Assembly: GCA_016748015.1 (NCBI GenBank)
Contig: JAAOMT010000258.1
Location: forward strand, 560,173-624,172
From: Geosiphon pyriformis uo1
Lineage: Eukaryota > Fungi > Glomeromycota
DNA: 64,000 bases
Direction of reading: 5' to 3'
In this document: positions 29,042-42,700 of the stretch, piece by piece
Position numbering within the stretch: the first letter of the stretch is position 1
How the letters are laid out: the number at the start of each line of letters is the position of its first letter
Made by a program: the position numbers and the translations under genes
Notes under the pieces: model-generated
Database searches by the model: none
What the model saw: only the letters and a program-made list of their open reading frames with translations
What the model was told of the DNA's origin: nothing

Positions 29042-31423
29042 TTATTTTAGAAACTGCTTATACACTGGGTTATCATTTTCGTCCACGATATGATACCCGA
29101 GCTGATTCTTAAAAAGTTCAAAAGCAGCGTCATCATTAGGAGGTACTTGAATACCAACAAGAACTTTTCCGATATCTATAGAAACGTAACAGGAACTATC
29201 AAATACCTAGCGAATAAGATAAAAAGAGCGCAAAACTTGACATCAAATGCTTAATGGGTTTACCTGCGCCGTGATTTCTGTAATGAAATAAGGAAATGTT
29301 CCAATCTGAGCGCAAACCAATTAAGAATTTCTGGAGTGCTCCAGGCCTCTCAGGGAATTCTGAAAATGGGAATTGAAAATTAACGTGTATAAAATTTTTG
29401 AAACCGAAATAAGAGGCAAAACACGATGAGGAATAAATAAAATCACAATCTGAAGTGAGACTAGTAATTATTGATGGAATGGAAGGAGTAACTTGGTCAC
29501 ATCATGAAACCATTTTCCAAAAATCAATCTTTACCAAATCTATATAGCCGTTCATTTTCCACTCGACTTCGGCCTCCTACCAAGTATCGGGCATGACTTT
29601 TAGCCATCTCGTTATCACTGATATCTTGTCCACGCATTCCATTATTTTTTAATTCTTCCAAAATCTCAGGGACCTCTTTTTCATGATGCTGTACTCTAAA
29701 GGACATATAAATCCACGCATTTTCAGAATCAGAATACCTACGCAAAAGTATAAGGTCATAAGTTAGACTCTTAAATAAATTTGATACAATTGAGTTAATT
29801 ATAAATGATTATCAACCTGTATGAGAACTCTGTGATAGGTCGAGGATGTATGTGATTATAAAGTTGAATAAAACTGAGGGAAAATTTTATAAATTCAATG
29901 TTAAGCAGAATCTGTATTTGATCAAAAGACAATTAAAAGGATTCATTCACCTTCCTGGCCGTTCTGGTATAATCACTGAAAACAATACTTCACGTCTTTC
30001 CCCAATTTCGGCCCTCTCAGCTACAAATCTAAGGCGATCAAAATTCATATTGGCACCAGACGCGATGGCGACAAAACAACAATCTTTCAGGTTATGTTGT
30101 TCAATATATTTTTTTAGACCAGCCACTGAGAGTGCTCCAGATGGTTCGACAATAGAACGAGTGTCTAAAATATTATTGAGATTTGAAGTAATTCTTTTTG
30201 AATTATATATAGAGGGAAGTGATATTCATGGCAATAAATTGTTGGGTATGGATTACCTTCGAATATATCTTTGATGGCAGCACATATTTCATCATTGCTA
30301 ACCATTATCATTTCATCAACTACCTCACTGCACAATCTAAATGTTTCTTCGCCTACCAATCGAACCGCTGTACCATCGGCAAATAACCCAACCTCATTCA
30401 ATAATGTTCGCTCTTTTTTCTTCAGTGACAAAGTCATGGCATTCGAATCAGATGCCTCAACCCCAATAATTTTTATACGAGGACATAACCGTTTGACATA
30501 GCTCCCAATTCCGGCAATCAAGCCACCTCCCCCCACACAGCAAAAAATAACGTCAATCTCATTGAGGTTATGTTGACGTAATATTTCCATCGCGATAGTG
30601 CCTTGCCCAGCGATAACATAAGGATCATCATACGGTGGGATATTGGTGAGATGGTGCAAAGCTGCAAGACGAGAACATTCGTGTTTTGCTTCATCGAAAT
30701 CAGACCCATACAAAATCACTTTGGCTCCCAAGCGTTCGACATTTCGCCATTTTATGGCTGGGGTCGCGCTAAGAACAATTGAATAATTTAATTGGATATG
30801 AATAAAGTATAATGGAATCGCAGGTAAGACTCCCAAAGTTTATCCTTTCAGCAAAGATAGAATGAAATTTAACCGAAAAGGAATTTATAGACTTCTCGTA
30901 CACTGGCATAATAATTGTGGCTGGTAGACCAAGATATTTCGCAGATAATGCAACCCCTTGGGCATGGTTTCCTTCAAGAAAGGGATAAAGTTAATAAAAT
31001 AAAATTGCCCTATGGAAGCTATTCGATATGTAAGATGCGAAAGTTTTGGCACCTGAAAAATTGTCATAAATCCCTAGCCACCTTAATAATTAAAAAAAAC
31101 CAACCCGCAGAACACGCGATCACGCCATTCTTTTTTTCCTCTTCGTTGAGGTGAGCAAGTTTATTATAGGCACCTCGAATTTTAAAAGAAAAAATTTCTT
31201 GCAAGTCTTCCCTTTTTAGTAAAATTTTATTCCCAAATCTATTTGAAAGGTTGGTTGCGTGTTGTAAAGGAGTTTCTTTAATAACCTCGTAGACACGCGA
31301 AGTTAATATTAGACCAAGATAATCAGGATTTCCGAAAGGGTTTGAGCCACTCAAATTTTTTAGGTGTGAAGTCGGAATGGAAGTAGCAGTTTCTACAAGG
31401 GCTTTACCACTAGGCACAGACAT
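29042..31423 (-). CDS. ILV1: Biosynthetic threonine dehydratase/deaminase (PLP enzyme with ACT-like regulatory domains), multi-exon
   Basis: [31 protein letters not shown] (PLP lysine), [87 protein letters not shown]. Stop TAA 29044-29042. Confidence 0.96.
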
Positions 31424-32597
31424 TATTACAAAACAAATATTTGATTAACATTGCATATATTGAATAAACTTGCTTTAATATATTTGTTATCTATTTCTTA
31501 TATATTATGAACTCAAAAAATTTCAAATTATTAAATTAAAAGACATTTGTAATTATTTAACTTTTTCTCTTTTTTAATTTCATAATTATAAGCAAAACAA
31601 AAAAAAAAGTTTTTTAATAATAAAAACAGTTAGGAAAATATTTTAAAAGTGTTATTTTAATATAAAGCAATTTTTAATTTTTTAATTTTTTTTTTCAATT
31701 AAAGTTTTTAATAATTGTTTTTGCTTCAATAATCAAAAAAATCAAAGTAATTTTTTAATATTACTGCAATAAATCTTTTAAAATTTTTTTGGTCTATTAA
31801 AACAAATTAACAATAATTGTATTATTTAATGTAATTATTTTTAATAAATTATTGCTAATTATAAAAACAAACAATTATGTTTTATTATATAACTTTATTT
31901 AATTATATTATGATAACATAAAAATAAAAATATTTTTTTTATTTTTGTAAAACTTTTATTAATTTTAATAATATTTATGCAAATATTTTTATTTATGACT
32001 TAATATTTTTTATAAAAATTAAATTAATTTATGCTAAAATTGTTTTTAATTATTATAAATATTAAATTTATAGTTAAAAATAAATTGATTAAATTTTTTA
32101 ATTGTACTTAAAATTACAAAATTTAAATTAAGTTTTAATTTTGTTTTTGTCTTTACTGTTATTATATATTGTAATATTTTTTTAACAATATTAAAAATGT
32201 TTTTAAAGTATTAAACTATAAAATTAAAATTTATTGTTTTATAATAAGATATTGTTATTTATTTTAAAAATATTAAATTTGCTAATTATATTTTTAATTA
32301 TTAGTTAAATTTGATAAAAAAACAATATTAAAACCAAATTAATTTAATATAATTATTTAAATATATAATTAAATATATATATTTTAACTATAAAATAAAA
32401 AATAAAAAAAAAACATACAAATACATATTTAAAAAATCAATTTATTAATCTTAAAAATAATATAACAAAAATTGATTAATTTAGTCTTAAAAAATTTAAA
32501 TATTATTTTTTATTATTAAAATTAATTAGTAAGCAAAAATTATTTTATTAGCTTTAAATTTTTTAAATACATAATAATATATTATTATTAATTAACA

Positions 32598-35500
32598 TAA
32601 TATGACTGTTAGTCTGTTTGACATATTTAATAAACTATAGAAATATTGTAATAATATAATAATAAGATGTTTTTTAAATCTGTTAAATTTTTGTTTAATT
32701 TTCAGTAATGTTTCAGCTTTTTGAAAAAGAGTATAAATTTTTATAATCTTTAAACTTTATAATTATGATGTCATTTTTACAAATATATAATCTATTGTAT
32801 TAATTAAGACAATAAAAAAAATTTTGTTTAAAATTTTATTAAACCATATTTTTTTTTATTTATAATAAGTTTAATGTTTTTTGAGATAACAACTTTTTGG
32901 TTTTAAAAAGTATCTTGACTTAATTTTTTGTATTTATTGTCAGTTTATTAATAGAAGGTGTTTTAAAAAAAAACCATAAGATTTAATTGGTTTTACAGAA
33001 TATATACAAAGCTTATAATTTGGTTAGATAACATGATTTAAAAACTAGTTTAAAGTGTGTTAAGATATATAACAAATTTATTAAATTTTTTGAAAACATA
33101 TACATAAATAGAATCAATTAAATAATAATTGATTTTGGTCTATTTAATGACTACAAAGTACTTAATAAACTAAACTAAAATAAAATTTTCTCACTATTTC
33201 TTTGGAAAATTTTTTATGATTTTTTTTTGTACAAAATGAAAAAACATAAACACTTATGTAAATATAGATTAATTACAAATTTTGTAACAAAAATAAGCAA
33301 AACAAAAGTTAGTAAAAAAAGATCTTTCTTTTTTGTAACTGATGTTTTTATAGATAATACAATTTAGATAAAAAATTGTCAGATATTAACACAATATATT
33401 TTGAATATTGCTAGTAAATTTTTTATGATTAATAACATTTCTATTAATACTGATAAAACAATAATTATTTTCATCAATTAAAAGATTATAAATCTTTTTT
33501 GCACATTAGTAATTAGCTAATTTCTATTATTAAGCATAGTAAATTTTACAGATACTTAAGAATTTTTTTGTTAATAAAAAGTATATTTAAGCTAAATTTT
33601 GTTAAAACATATTCAGATATTAAATTTTTTCGAATATAATACTTAAAAAAATATTGTTAAATAAACAGTTTTTTTATTTAGTTTTAATAATCTTGTAATT
33701 TATAATTAGTTATTGAATGCAATTTAGTTTTATGGCTAAAAATATATATTAAAAATAAAATATTATGATTAGAAAAAAGTTTTAATTTACAACTAATTTG
33801 TTAAAAGCCTTTTTTAATAAAATTTGTATTACTTATTCTTATATAAATTAAAATCTTTTAAGCAAATACAAGTAAAAAGCAAGATAACTTTGGTAATTAG
33901 TGTTATCATTAGAAAATTAAGATATTAATTAGAATAAATTTATTTTATAATTCTTATTATTAATTAATATATATTATTATTTCAATTTATTACTTATTAT
34001 TTTATCAAGTTATTCGAATTATTATTTAATTAATAATCTAATTTGTATAATACACAAATTAGATAATTTAATTACATAAAATCTTGAACTATATAGTATT
34101 CAAAAATTTACCAAAATTTGTAAAAATTTGCTAAAATAATTAATAATTTACCAAAATACTAAATAGTTTATAAAAATAACTTGTAGTTTGCCAAAATATA
34201 TTTTTAGTATAGTAAAATAATAGCAAAGAAAAAAATACAAGTTTATAAACTAATACTATAACAAATTGTATAAAAGAAAAGCTTTTCTTTTCAAGAAAAT
34301 ATATTTTAAAAAATAATAATAATCTTAATTAGAATTATCTTTACTAAAAATATTTTCTTTAATATCTATACAAATTATTTCAATAAAAATCATATTGAAA
34401 AAAAAACAACAAAAACTTAAAGTATTTTACATGAAATTTTTTAAATCTCAACTAATATTTTAAAATTAATTAATTACTAATTTTAGTAATTAATTAGTAA
34501 CTCTAAACTTAAACAGAAAATGACTCTCTTAATAAAATTTTCTTTTTTTTATATTTTTTATATATATATATTTTTTTTATTACAATTATTAAGATAAATT
34601 AAACAAGATTTCTGTAAAAAAATTAACTTTTATAGCAAAGTAACTACATAATTTTAGTAAGCTTTCAAATAAACATTACTTGAAAAAGAGTTAATTTTTA
34701 CTACAAAATAACTATATAAATAATTAATATAGAATTGGCTATTTTATTTATAAATTCAGCAGTTCAAATTATAGAAAATAATTTGAAAATAAATTCAGTT
34801 ATTAGAAACTCACTAGCTTTTAATAATTAGAAATTAACAACAAAGTAATAACAATAATATTTAAAAAAAACTAAAAATCTCCAATAATATTGGGTTTTTT
34901 AATGCAACAAGAATTTTCAGTTATCTGTTTGAACACTATTTTTTAAACTTGCAAATTGCAGATTGGATGTCAATAAACTTACTGCAATATTCAGTCAAAT
35001 TAAGAGTTAGTTCTATAAATAATTTTTTAGTGAACATGATAAAAATTTTTTTAAACAACAAAATTTTTTTAGCAAATAATTTGTCTAATGTTTTTTATTC
35101 TTTTAACCATTTTTTAATATTTAAAATTTTAAGTAATTCTTATTATTTTAATATAATTTGTTTTTTAAAGTGTTTTGGAGTTGTCTTTAGAAACAAGTTA
35201 TTAGACAAATATAGATTGGTGATAAATTGGAAAACTTTTTGTTATTGGAAAAAATTAAGTTTCAAAGATCTAATTTTATTGTGATTTATGAAGACTTTAG
35301 TTTATATAAATAATTTTTTTGTTGGAACTAATATAATTATTTTTAGCTTTGGTTGTTCAAATTTTTTGTGTTTAAAAAAATTTTCGAATATTTGGAAATA
35401 TTTATACAAATTATAAATTGGAATAATTAATGTTTATATTAATAGTTTATTAAAAAAATTAAAAATAATAAAAGTAGTTAATAAGATAACAGCTTATTTT

Positions 35501-36850
35501 TTTGATATTAGAATAAAAGTAGATGTTAAGGTTTATAAATTGTTGTTATTAACAATAATAAAGCTGCAGGTAATTGTCTTGGTTTTGAAATATGTTTTAT
35601 TATCTTGTTTAGTAATTTTGTAAACAAACAGTCAAGCTGCTATAAATATGTATAATTTAAAGCTTAAGTAGTTTTTACTAGATTTTTAAAACAAGTATTG
35701 AATAAAAAAACACCATTTAGTTAATTTGATCAAGTTTAAGAATATTTTGGTATAATAAATAAAGGTTAAAAACACTTAAAAGATGTTGGCAATAATTAAG
35801 CTAATGCTTTTGCTAATGTTATAATATAGTTTTATGTAGTCTTTTTTATTGGTATTTATAAAAAATTTTATTGTGGCTAATAATTTGGTTATTTTAAGCA
35901 ATACTCATTATTTTGTTTATAATATTTATCAAGTTATTTGTTGTGCTTAATAGAAAACAGATTTAGATTTAAGTATTGTTGATAAATTATTTATTTATAA
36001 AATAAACTAAACTTGTATTGTTAAAATTTGGTATTTGGATTTTTATATGCTTTCTGAGTTTATAAGTAAAATCTCAGTAGTTTTATGTATATATTTGATA
36101 AAAGCAGTCTACAAAAAATTGCAAATTATGATTAAAAAGAAACTGTATAACAAAAATTATTTAGACATTCTCTGTTTTTTATATGATAATATTAAATTAC
36201 TAAATCATATTTTTATTTATTTAAAAAATATTTCTATATGCTTTGAAATTTTGTTAAATTGTATTGAGTTGTAAAAGTTTTTAATAGAAGCTTGTTTTTT
36301 TTAATATTTTCAGTGCTTTAAACTTTTTTATAGTATATATTAAATATAAACATTTACATAATTTTATATAAGAGTTTTGTTCTCAAAAATTGAATTGATA
36401 AGATAATATTAGTTTTTGGTAATAAAAAAAGGCAGTTTTGATAGTAATTAATTTTGTCTACTATCTAATTAAAAAACATTATAGTATATTGTAATTGTTT
36501 AAGTTCAAATTTAAGATAAATATAGAAAAAAGTAACTTAATTGGTAACATAAAAATTTTGTTAGATAATATATTATTATAAGTGATTATTTAAGATGTTA
36601 GAACAAATAACAAACCTATAACTCAATGTTTAATAGCTAATAATTTTGGTAATTTCTAAAGGTTTTGATTGAGTTTTTTTTATAATAAACAGAGATTTAA
36701 TTAATAATTTTTTCATGAATTTTTTTCTTTAGTGTAATGACCAGTTTATTCTGGCAGTTATGTCTTTCTGATAAGCTATTCTTAAATTTTTACTTTTTTT
36801 TTGGGTTTTTTATCAGATTATTCTTAACATTAAATACTTAGTACTTAATT
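32598..36850 (+). mobile_element. Dead, 5'-truncated non-LTR retrotransposon (RT - RNase H - CCHC), interrupted by a solo LTR
   Basis: Degenerate RT catalytic motif VFIDNTI* (~33345; FVDDTIW if transitions are reversed). RNase H VYINSLLK..IIKLQVI..TNSQAA (YTDGS..AELQAI..TDSQAA). C-terminal LCFLYDNIKLLNHIFIY (C-x2-C..H..C zinc knuckle). A-rich tract at ~36870-36925. The ancestral peptides are inferred by reversing C>T and G>A. Confidence 0.8.
33901..34889. mobile_element. Solo LTR-like element, family A copy 1, inserted in the LINE
   Basis: Starts TGTTA and ends TA (from CA). Flanked by TTAG/TTGG 4-bp TSD. Removing it restores the LINE frame (GTA ATT GGG TTT). Aligns to 37501-38422. Confidence 0.75.
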
Positions 36851-37224
36851 TTTTTAATTAATTAGTAAACAATAAAGAAATAAAATAAAAAAAATAAAAA
36901 AAAATAAAAATAAAAAATAAAAAATTAGTATTTTATTAATAGCCATAATTAAGAACTATTGGTCTAGTATAGTTTAGTATTAAATTTTATTCACATGAAT
37001 TGTTAATAGTAAAAAAGTAATTAATATTCTTAATTAAGCAATAATAACATAGATTGGATAATAATTAAATATTTTATTAATATTAATATAATTTTGTTTT
37101 AAGTTATAGAAAACTATCTTTTAAAAGAAAAAATATTATTGTTTTAAACTCTATTAAATTCTGAATTGAATTTTTTTCTGCTTTTAATACTTTTACTATA
37201 TATATATAATTTATATTATAAAAG

Positions 37225-37378
37225 ATTCCTTAAAATTTTTTAATTTTTTTAAAAAGAATTCTAAAATCTTGTAATTCTAAAATCCTGTAATTTTCTGAGA
37301 AAAATTCTAAAATTCTGCAATTCTTTAAAAAAAATTCTGGAATTCTGCAATTTTTTGAAAAAAATTCTAAAATTCCTC
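37225..37378. repeat. Degenerate ~30-bp minisatellite
   Basis: Units such as aaaattctaaaattctgcaattctttaaaa and aaaattctggaattctgcaattttttgaaa. Confidence 0.75.
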
Positions 37379-37500
37379 TTTTTATTATATTTACTTTTGA
37401 TTGGTTATTTTACTTATTATTATAATTCTTAATTTATGTAAGTAACAATATATAAATTGTTTAATATTTTGTCAAAAAAAATGATTTGGTTACTTGATAT

Positions 37501-38422
37501 TGTTATTAATAAAATTTTAGTTATTAATTAATATATTATTATTATTTCAAATATTACTTATTATTTAATCAAAATTATCAAATATTACAATTCAATTAAT
37601 AACTTAATTTATATATTAGAAATTAGAATAATCAGAAAATTTACAATTCAAACTATGTAACATTCAAGAATTTGCCGAAATTTATAAAAATTTGTCAAAA
37701 TAATAAATAGTTTACTAAAATAGTTTATAATTTGTAAAAATAATTTGTGGTTTGTTAAAATATATCTTTAATTTGCCAAAATCATAGCAAAAAAAAAGTT
37801 TAAGTTTATAAATTAGTATTACAACAAATTGTATAAAAAAAAAGCTTTTTTTTTGAAAAAATATATCTTATTTATAATAATCTTATTCTTAAATAATAAT
37901 CTTATACAAGTTAATAAAAACAAATACTTTAAAAAATAAATTCTTTTAATTAAATTATACTTGAAATTCTCCAAAACTCAATTAATATTTTGAAATTGAT
38001 TGGCTACTAATTTTAATAATCTGTTAGTAACTTTAAACTTGAACAAAAAATACTTTTCTTAATAAAATTTTTTTTTATATTTTTTATATTTTCTTTTATT
38101 TTTTTTATTATATATATTAAAGTAACTTATAAACAAAATTTCTGTAAAAGAGTTGACTTTTATAGCAAAGTAACTATATATTTTTAGTAAGCTTCTGGAT
38201 AAACAATTTCTTGGAAAAAGTTAACTTTTACTGCAAAATAACTATACAAATAACTGACATAGAATTGGTTATTCCATTTATAAGTCCAATAGTTTAAATT
38301 ATAAAGGATAATTTGAAGATAAATTCAGTTATCAGAGGTTTAACAGCTTTTAGTAATAATAAATTTACAGCAAAACAACATTAATAATATTCAGAAAAAG
38401 AGACCAAAAATCTTTAGTAATA
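37501..38422. mobile_element. Solo LTR-like element, family A copy 2
   Basis: TGTTA...GTAATA termini. Colinear with 33901-34889 over most of its length. Possible TSD ATAT/GTGT. Confidence 0.72.
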
Positions 38423-38426
38423 GTGT

Positions 38427-39678
38427 TGTTAAATTATTTGCTATTAGTTTTGGTTTATATAAAATTTGTTTATTTTTTTTAAAATTAAATAATAGTATAA
38501 ATATTTGTATAAGTATGTAGTATTGTTTTAATTAGTCTAAGTGATTAGTTATATGTAGTAAGTACATAAATTATATTTAGCTGTAATTATTTGGTTTGTT
38601 TTTATATGCTAGATAATAATTGAACTGTACTTATTAAAAATAAAAAAAATTAACAAATTTTAAATTATTTTAAGAACTTTATTAAAAAATAATTACATAA
38701 AATAATAGCAAAAATTAAAACAACAACAAATATTATTAAAAATTTAACAATTATTAAAGCAATAAAAAACAGAAAATTAGTAAGTTAAACTTAAATAATA
38801 ATATTTAAAAATATTTAAAATATAAATTTCATATAAAATAGCTTAATATTGTTTTTAAAAACCGATTTTATATTAATAAAAACACATATAAACCAAAAAA
38901 CAGTCTTAATATAAACCTATTTAATTTTAAAAAAAGCATTAAATATTAAAGTAATAATTATTTATTTAAAAAAATTTTAATAATTAATTATTAAAAACAA
39001 TATTATTAAAAAACAAAAAAAAAGTATTTTAATTTTTATTTAATTAGTTTAATTTTCGAAATTAGATGACTTAATAATTTAATTAATTATAAATACTTAA
39101 AAATATTTTTTTTGTTTTTAAAATCAGCAATAATTAATTAAAAACCAATATTTTAAACAATATAACCAAAAATTAATCTAAATTAAGATTAGTTAATATA
39201 TTTTTATTGTTATTGTTTAGAATAAAAAAAAAATTTTATTTATAATTATAATAAAATTAAGTATTATAATTGATATAAATAATATTAAATTAATAAAAAT
39301 ATTAAAAAAAAATAAAAAAAATAATTTTAAATTAAAAAAATTATTATTAAACATAGCAAAAATTTGAAAAAATTATATTTTAATTAATTTAATTTTTATG
39401 GTTATTTAGATAACAATAAGAAAAAAAATAGAAAAAAAATAACTTGATTACTAATTTATTTTATTTTAATAAGTATAGTTCTATTATTATTTAATACAAA
39501 AAATCAAATCAAAAAACTTTAACTAAATATGACTTATGTATTTATTACATATGATCAAATATTCAGTTTAATTAAAACAATATTACATATTATCCAAACT
39601 ATTATATTGTTATTTAATTTGAAAAAAAACAAACAATATTTATAAAAATCAAAATTAATAGTAAAAGTCTTATTAATA
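38427..39678. mobile_element. Pair of ~230-bp inverted repeats (38427-38655 and 39449-39678) enclosing ~790 bp
   Basis: The reverse complement of 38427-38655 aligns along 39449-39678. The first arm has TGTTAA...TTAACA termini. Confidence 0.65.
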
Positions 39679-39719
39679 CTAAATAATTATACTATATTAT
39701 CTAATAAGTAAAAAAACAA

Positions 39720-42700
39720 AAAATAAAACAACCCAAAAACCAAGTTTATATTGTTAATTTTGCTATAATGTTTTATATTTATTCTAAATTTTGATCTAAA
39801 TACTTATATTAATATCTTATAATGTTTTATAATTTGGTAAGCAAAATTTATTATTATTAAATATCAGCATTGTTTTTTTAAACTAGTTATTTATAATAAA
39901 ACTTTTATACAAAATCTTATACAAACTAATATCAAACAAACTTAACAAAAAAGTTTTTATAATTGTTAAAAAAAACAACAACCTAATACCAACCAAGAAT
40001 TTTTATTTAATAATTATTTTTTAAATTATATCTATATGTAAATCAGTATCTTTTAGATAAATAAAAACATAATCAGAGATTTCTATTTTGTTGTATAGCA
40101 GACACAGTACACTAAAATAATATTTGTCATAAAGTTTTTTCTTAATAATAACAAATAATTTTCTATATACTGTTTTTATTAAATAAGTATATAAACTCAA
40201 CAATACTTTGTTAATATAATCAAAACATATGTAAAAATTCAGATATTAAATAGCCACAGTCTGAATTCAATCATAATTCTTGAATTAAAACTTATTTTAT
40301 AACAAATATAACAGATTAAATTAAAAATATTACACAAAAAATAACAAATATTTCTAAATACAAACAAATAATCTACAACAATAAACTTTTTTTGAACATA
40401 ATGAAAAAAAAAACAAGAATAAACAGTAATACTTACAAGTATATTTGCCTAATTGTTATTCATATTATCTAAATAACTTTTAATTTTTACTTATCTTATC
40501 AAAAAAATTTTGTTTTAATTAAATTAACTATATGTTGCTGCTTAATCTAATAACTAGTATAAAAATCAGACTGCCATAAATCCAAACTCAAAAAGCACAA
40601 ATTAATTGCCATTTGACTGTTTAAATATAAAACTACAGAACAAAATAAAAGTACATATTTTAGTATTAAAACAATGGTTTATAATTTAACTATTATTAAA
40701 AACATTAGATTTTAAACTTCTATTTTAATACTGTTATAAAAGCATTTTTTTAGAGATTGTATTATAATTAATTTCTAATATAGTTTTAAATCAAATAATG
40801 ATATTAGAAATTATCTAATTATAATATGTAAATAAGTATATTAGTCTTAATAAATACTATTCTTAATTTATGTTAGATTTTTGTTTGATAGATTAATACT
40901 ATTTTTTTTATGAAAATTAACTTGGTAAATTTTTTCTAATTCTTAGCAAGTATTAAATAATTTTTTCTGATAAGTGTTTTTTTATTTGATTTAATATTTT
41001 ATGTATTATTTCTATTAAAATTGTTGTTAGTAGTTATTGCTATATTAATTTTTTTAGAAAAATTTCTGTTATATTTCTATATTTTAATTGTGTTTTTTCT
41101 TGAGACTTGTATAAATATATTTTTTTTTATAATATGCTAATACCAAATATTTGTATTTTTTTATTTATAGTAAAACAATACTTTATTCTTAATAAATATA
41201 AAAAAATTCAAAAAAACAAAATTCAAAAAAATTAGTATTTGAAAATAATTTTGATCAAAAATTATTTTTCCAAGACATAAAAAAATTATTTTGGATTTTT
41301 AAATTAACTGTTTATTTTTAATTAAAGTATTATTATAAATAGATTCTATACAATTATATATAGTTAATATTTTTCTAATGTGTTTTTAATTTTCTTAAAC
41401 TTAGATTTTATCTGTATTTATTATTGTATTAAGTATTTTGTTGTTTTTATTAATAAGAAATAATAATAAGAGGTTTAATGATCTTTTTTAAGATTTGGAT
41501 TATAAAAAAGGAAGGTTTTTAATTTTACTAATTTTAGTATTAGTAGATATTATAATACAAAGCTAAAAAAGTATATTTTCTAGCTTTTTTTGAAATTATA
41601 ATCTAATTTGTTTGTTTTTTGTTTTTTTATTTTTGTTTAATTGATTTTTATTTTTTTGTCTTTTTTAGAAAGCTATTATATATATATATTTTTTAAATTA
41701 TACATAATTGTGTATATTCTAATTAATTAGTAAGTAATTACTAAGTTATTAAGTCTTTTGTTTAATTGTAAATGCTTTTTGGCTTACTTGTTTATGATTA
41801 TATTAAATTAAATATATTTGTATATATTTTATATACTATTATATATATATTATATTTTCTAATTTTATTTATTAATTTGTGCTATTTATATTGTTATTTA
41901 CTGATTGATTAATATATTATAATATTATTATTTTTGATTTTTGTTAATTTTTATTAGATAATAATATTTATATTAATATTTAAAAAAAATACCACTGTTT
42001 TACAAATTATAAACAAAAAACCAATACTTTTTAATAACTTATTAATATATATATTAAAATATTTAGATCAAACTCTATGTAATTAATTTTAAATAGTTAA
42101 AAACTTATTAGAATTTAGAATGTTTAAAAAATTATAAACAAAAAGTGAGCTCAAAGATACATAATAGAAATTGACCATAAATTTAAAAATTATATCAAAT
42201 CAAAAAATGCTAGATCTCTTAAATTAAGTTTTTTCTAATAGCAGAACGTTTTTTAATTTATTATTTTATTATATTTATTTAATAACTTATTATTAAAACC
42301 CATATCAAAATACTTTAATAAGTCTATTATACTATAATAATAAAAGACTCTTAAAATTATGAACATTAAAAACTTGCCAGAATAACAGAAAACATTAGAA
42401 AAATTATTAATTAAGAAGATTTTATTGTTCAAAAGAATTTTCATTATATTCACAAAAAAATTGTTTACTAAATTAATTTTCAATTTTATTAAATATTATA
42501 ATAGATCTATAGATATTTATCCTAAAATTTACAAATCTAAAAAATGATAATTAAACAGTCATTTAAAAATATTAATAGCATTAAAAAAGACAAACAATAC
42601 AGCAATTTTCTCTTTTGTTTGAACTTGTTTAAAAAAACTTTAAATTATACAAAAAAAGATAATATATAGTTTTGTTAAGAAAATTTTTTAATAAATTAAT

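Noticed and set aside
29360-29533. Long ILV1 intron as a C/D snoRNA host
   Set aside because: Only a partial C-box-like atgatg, with no suitably placed CTGA D box or terminal stem.
31320-31423. Absence of an Arg-rich mitochondrial presequence on Ilv1 as a novel localisation
   Set aside because: An upstream exon cannot be excluded, and N-termini vary widely among fungal orthologues.
37225-37378. Periodic repeat as a CRISPR array
   Set aside because: Tandem units without unique spacers, no cas genes, and a eukaryotic context.
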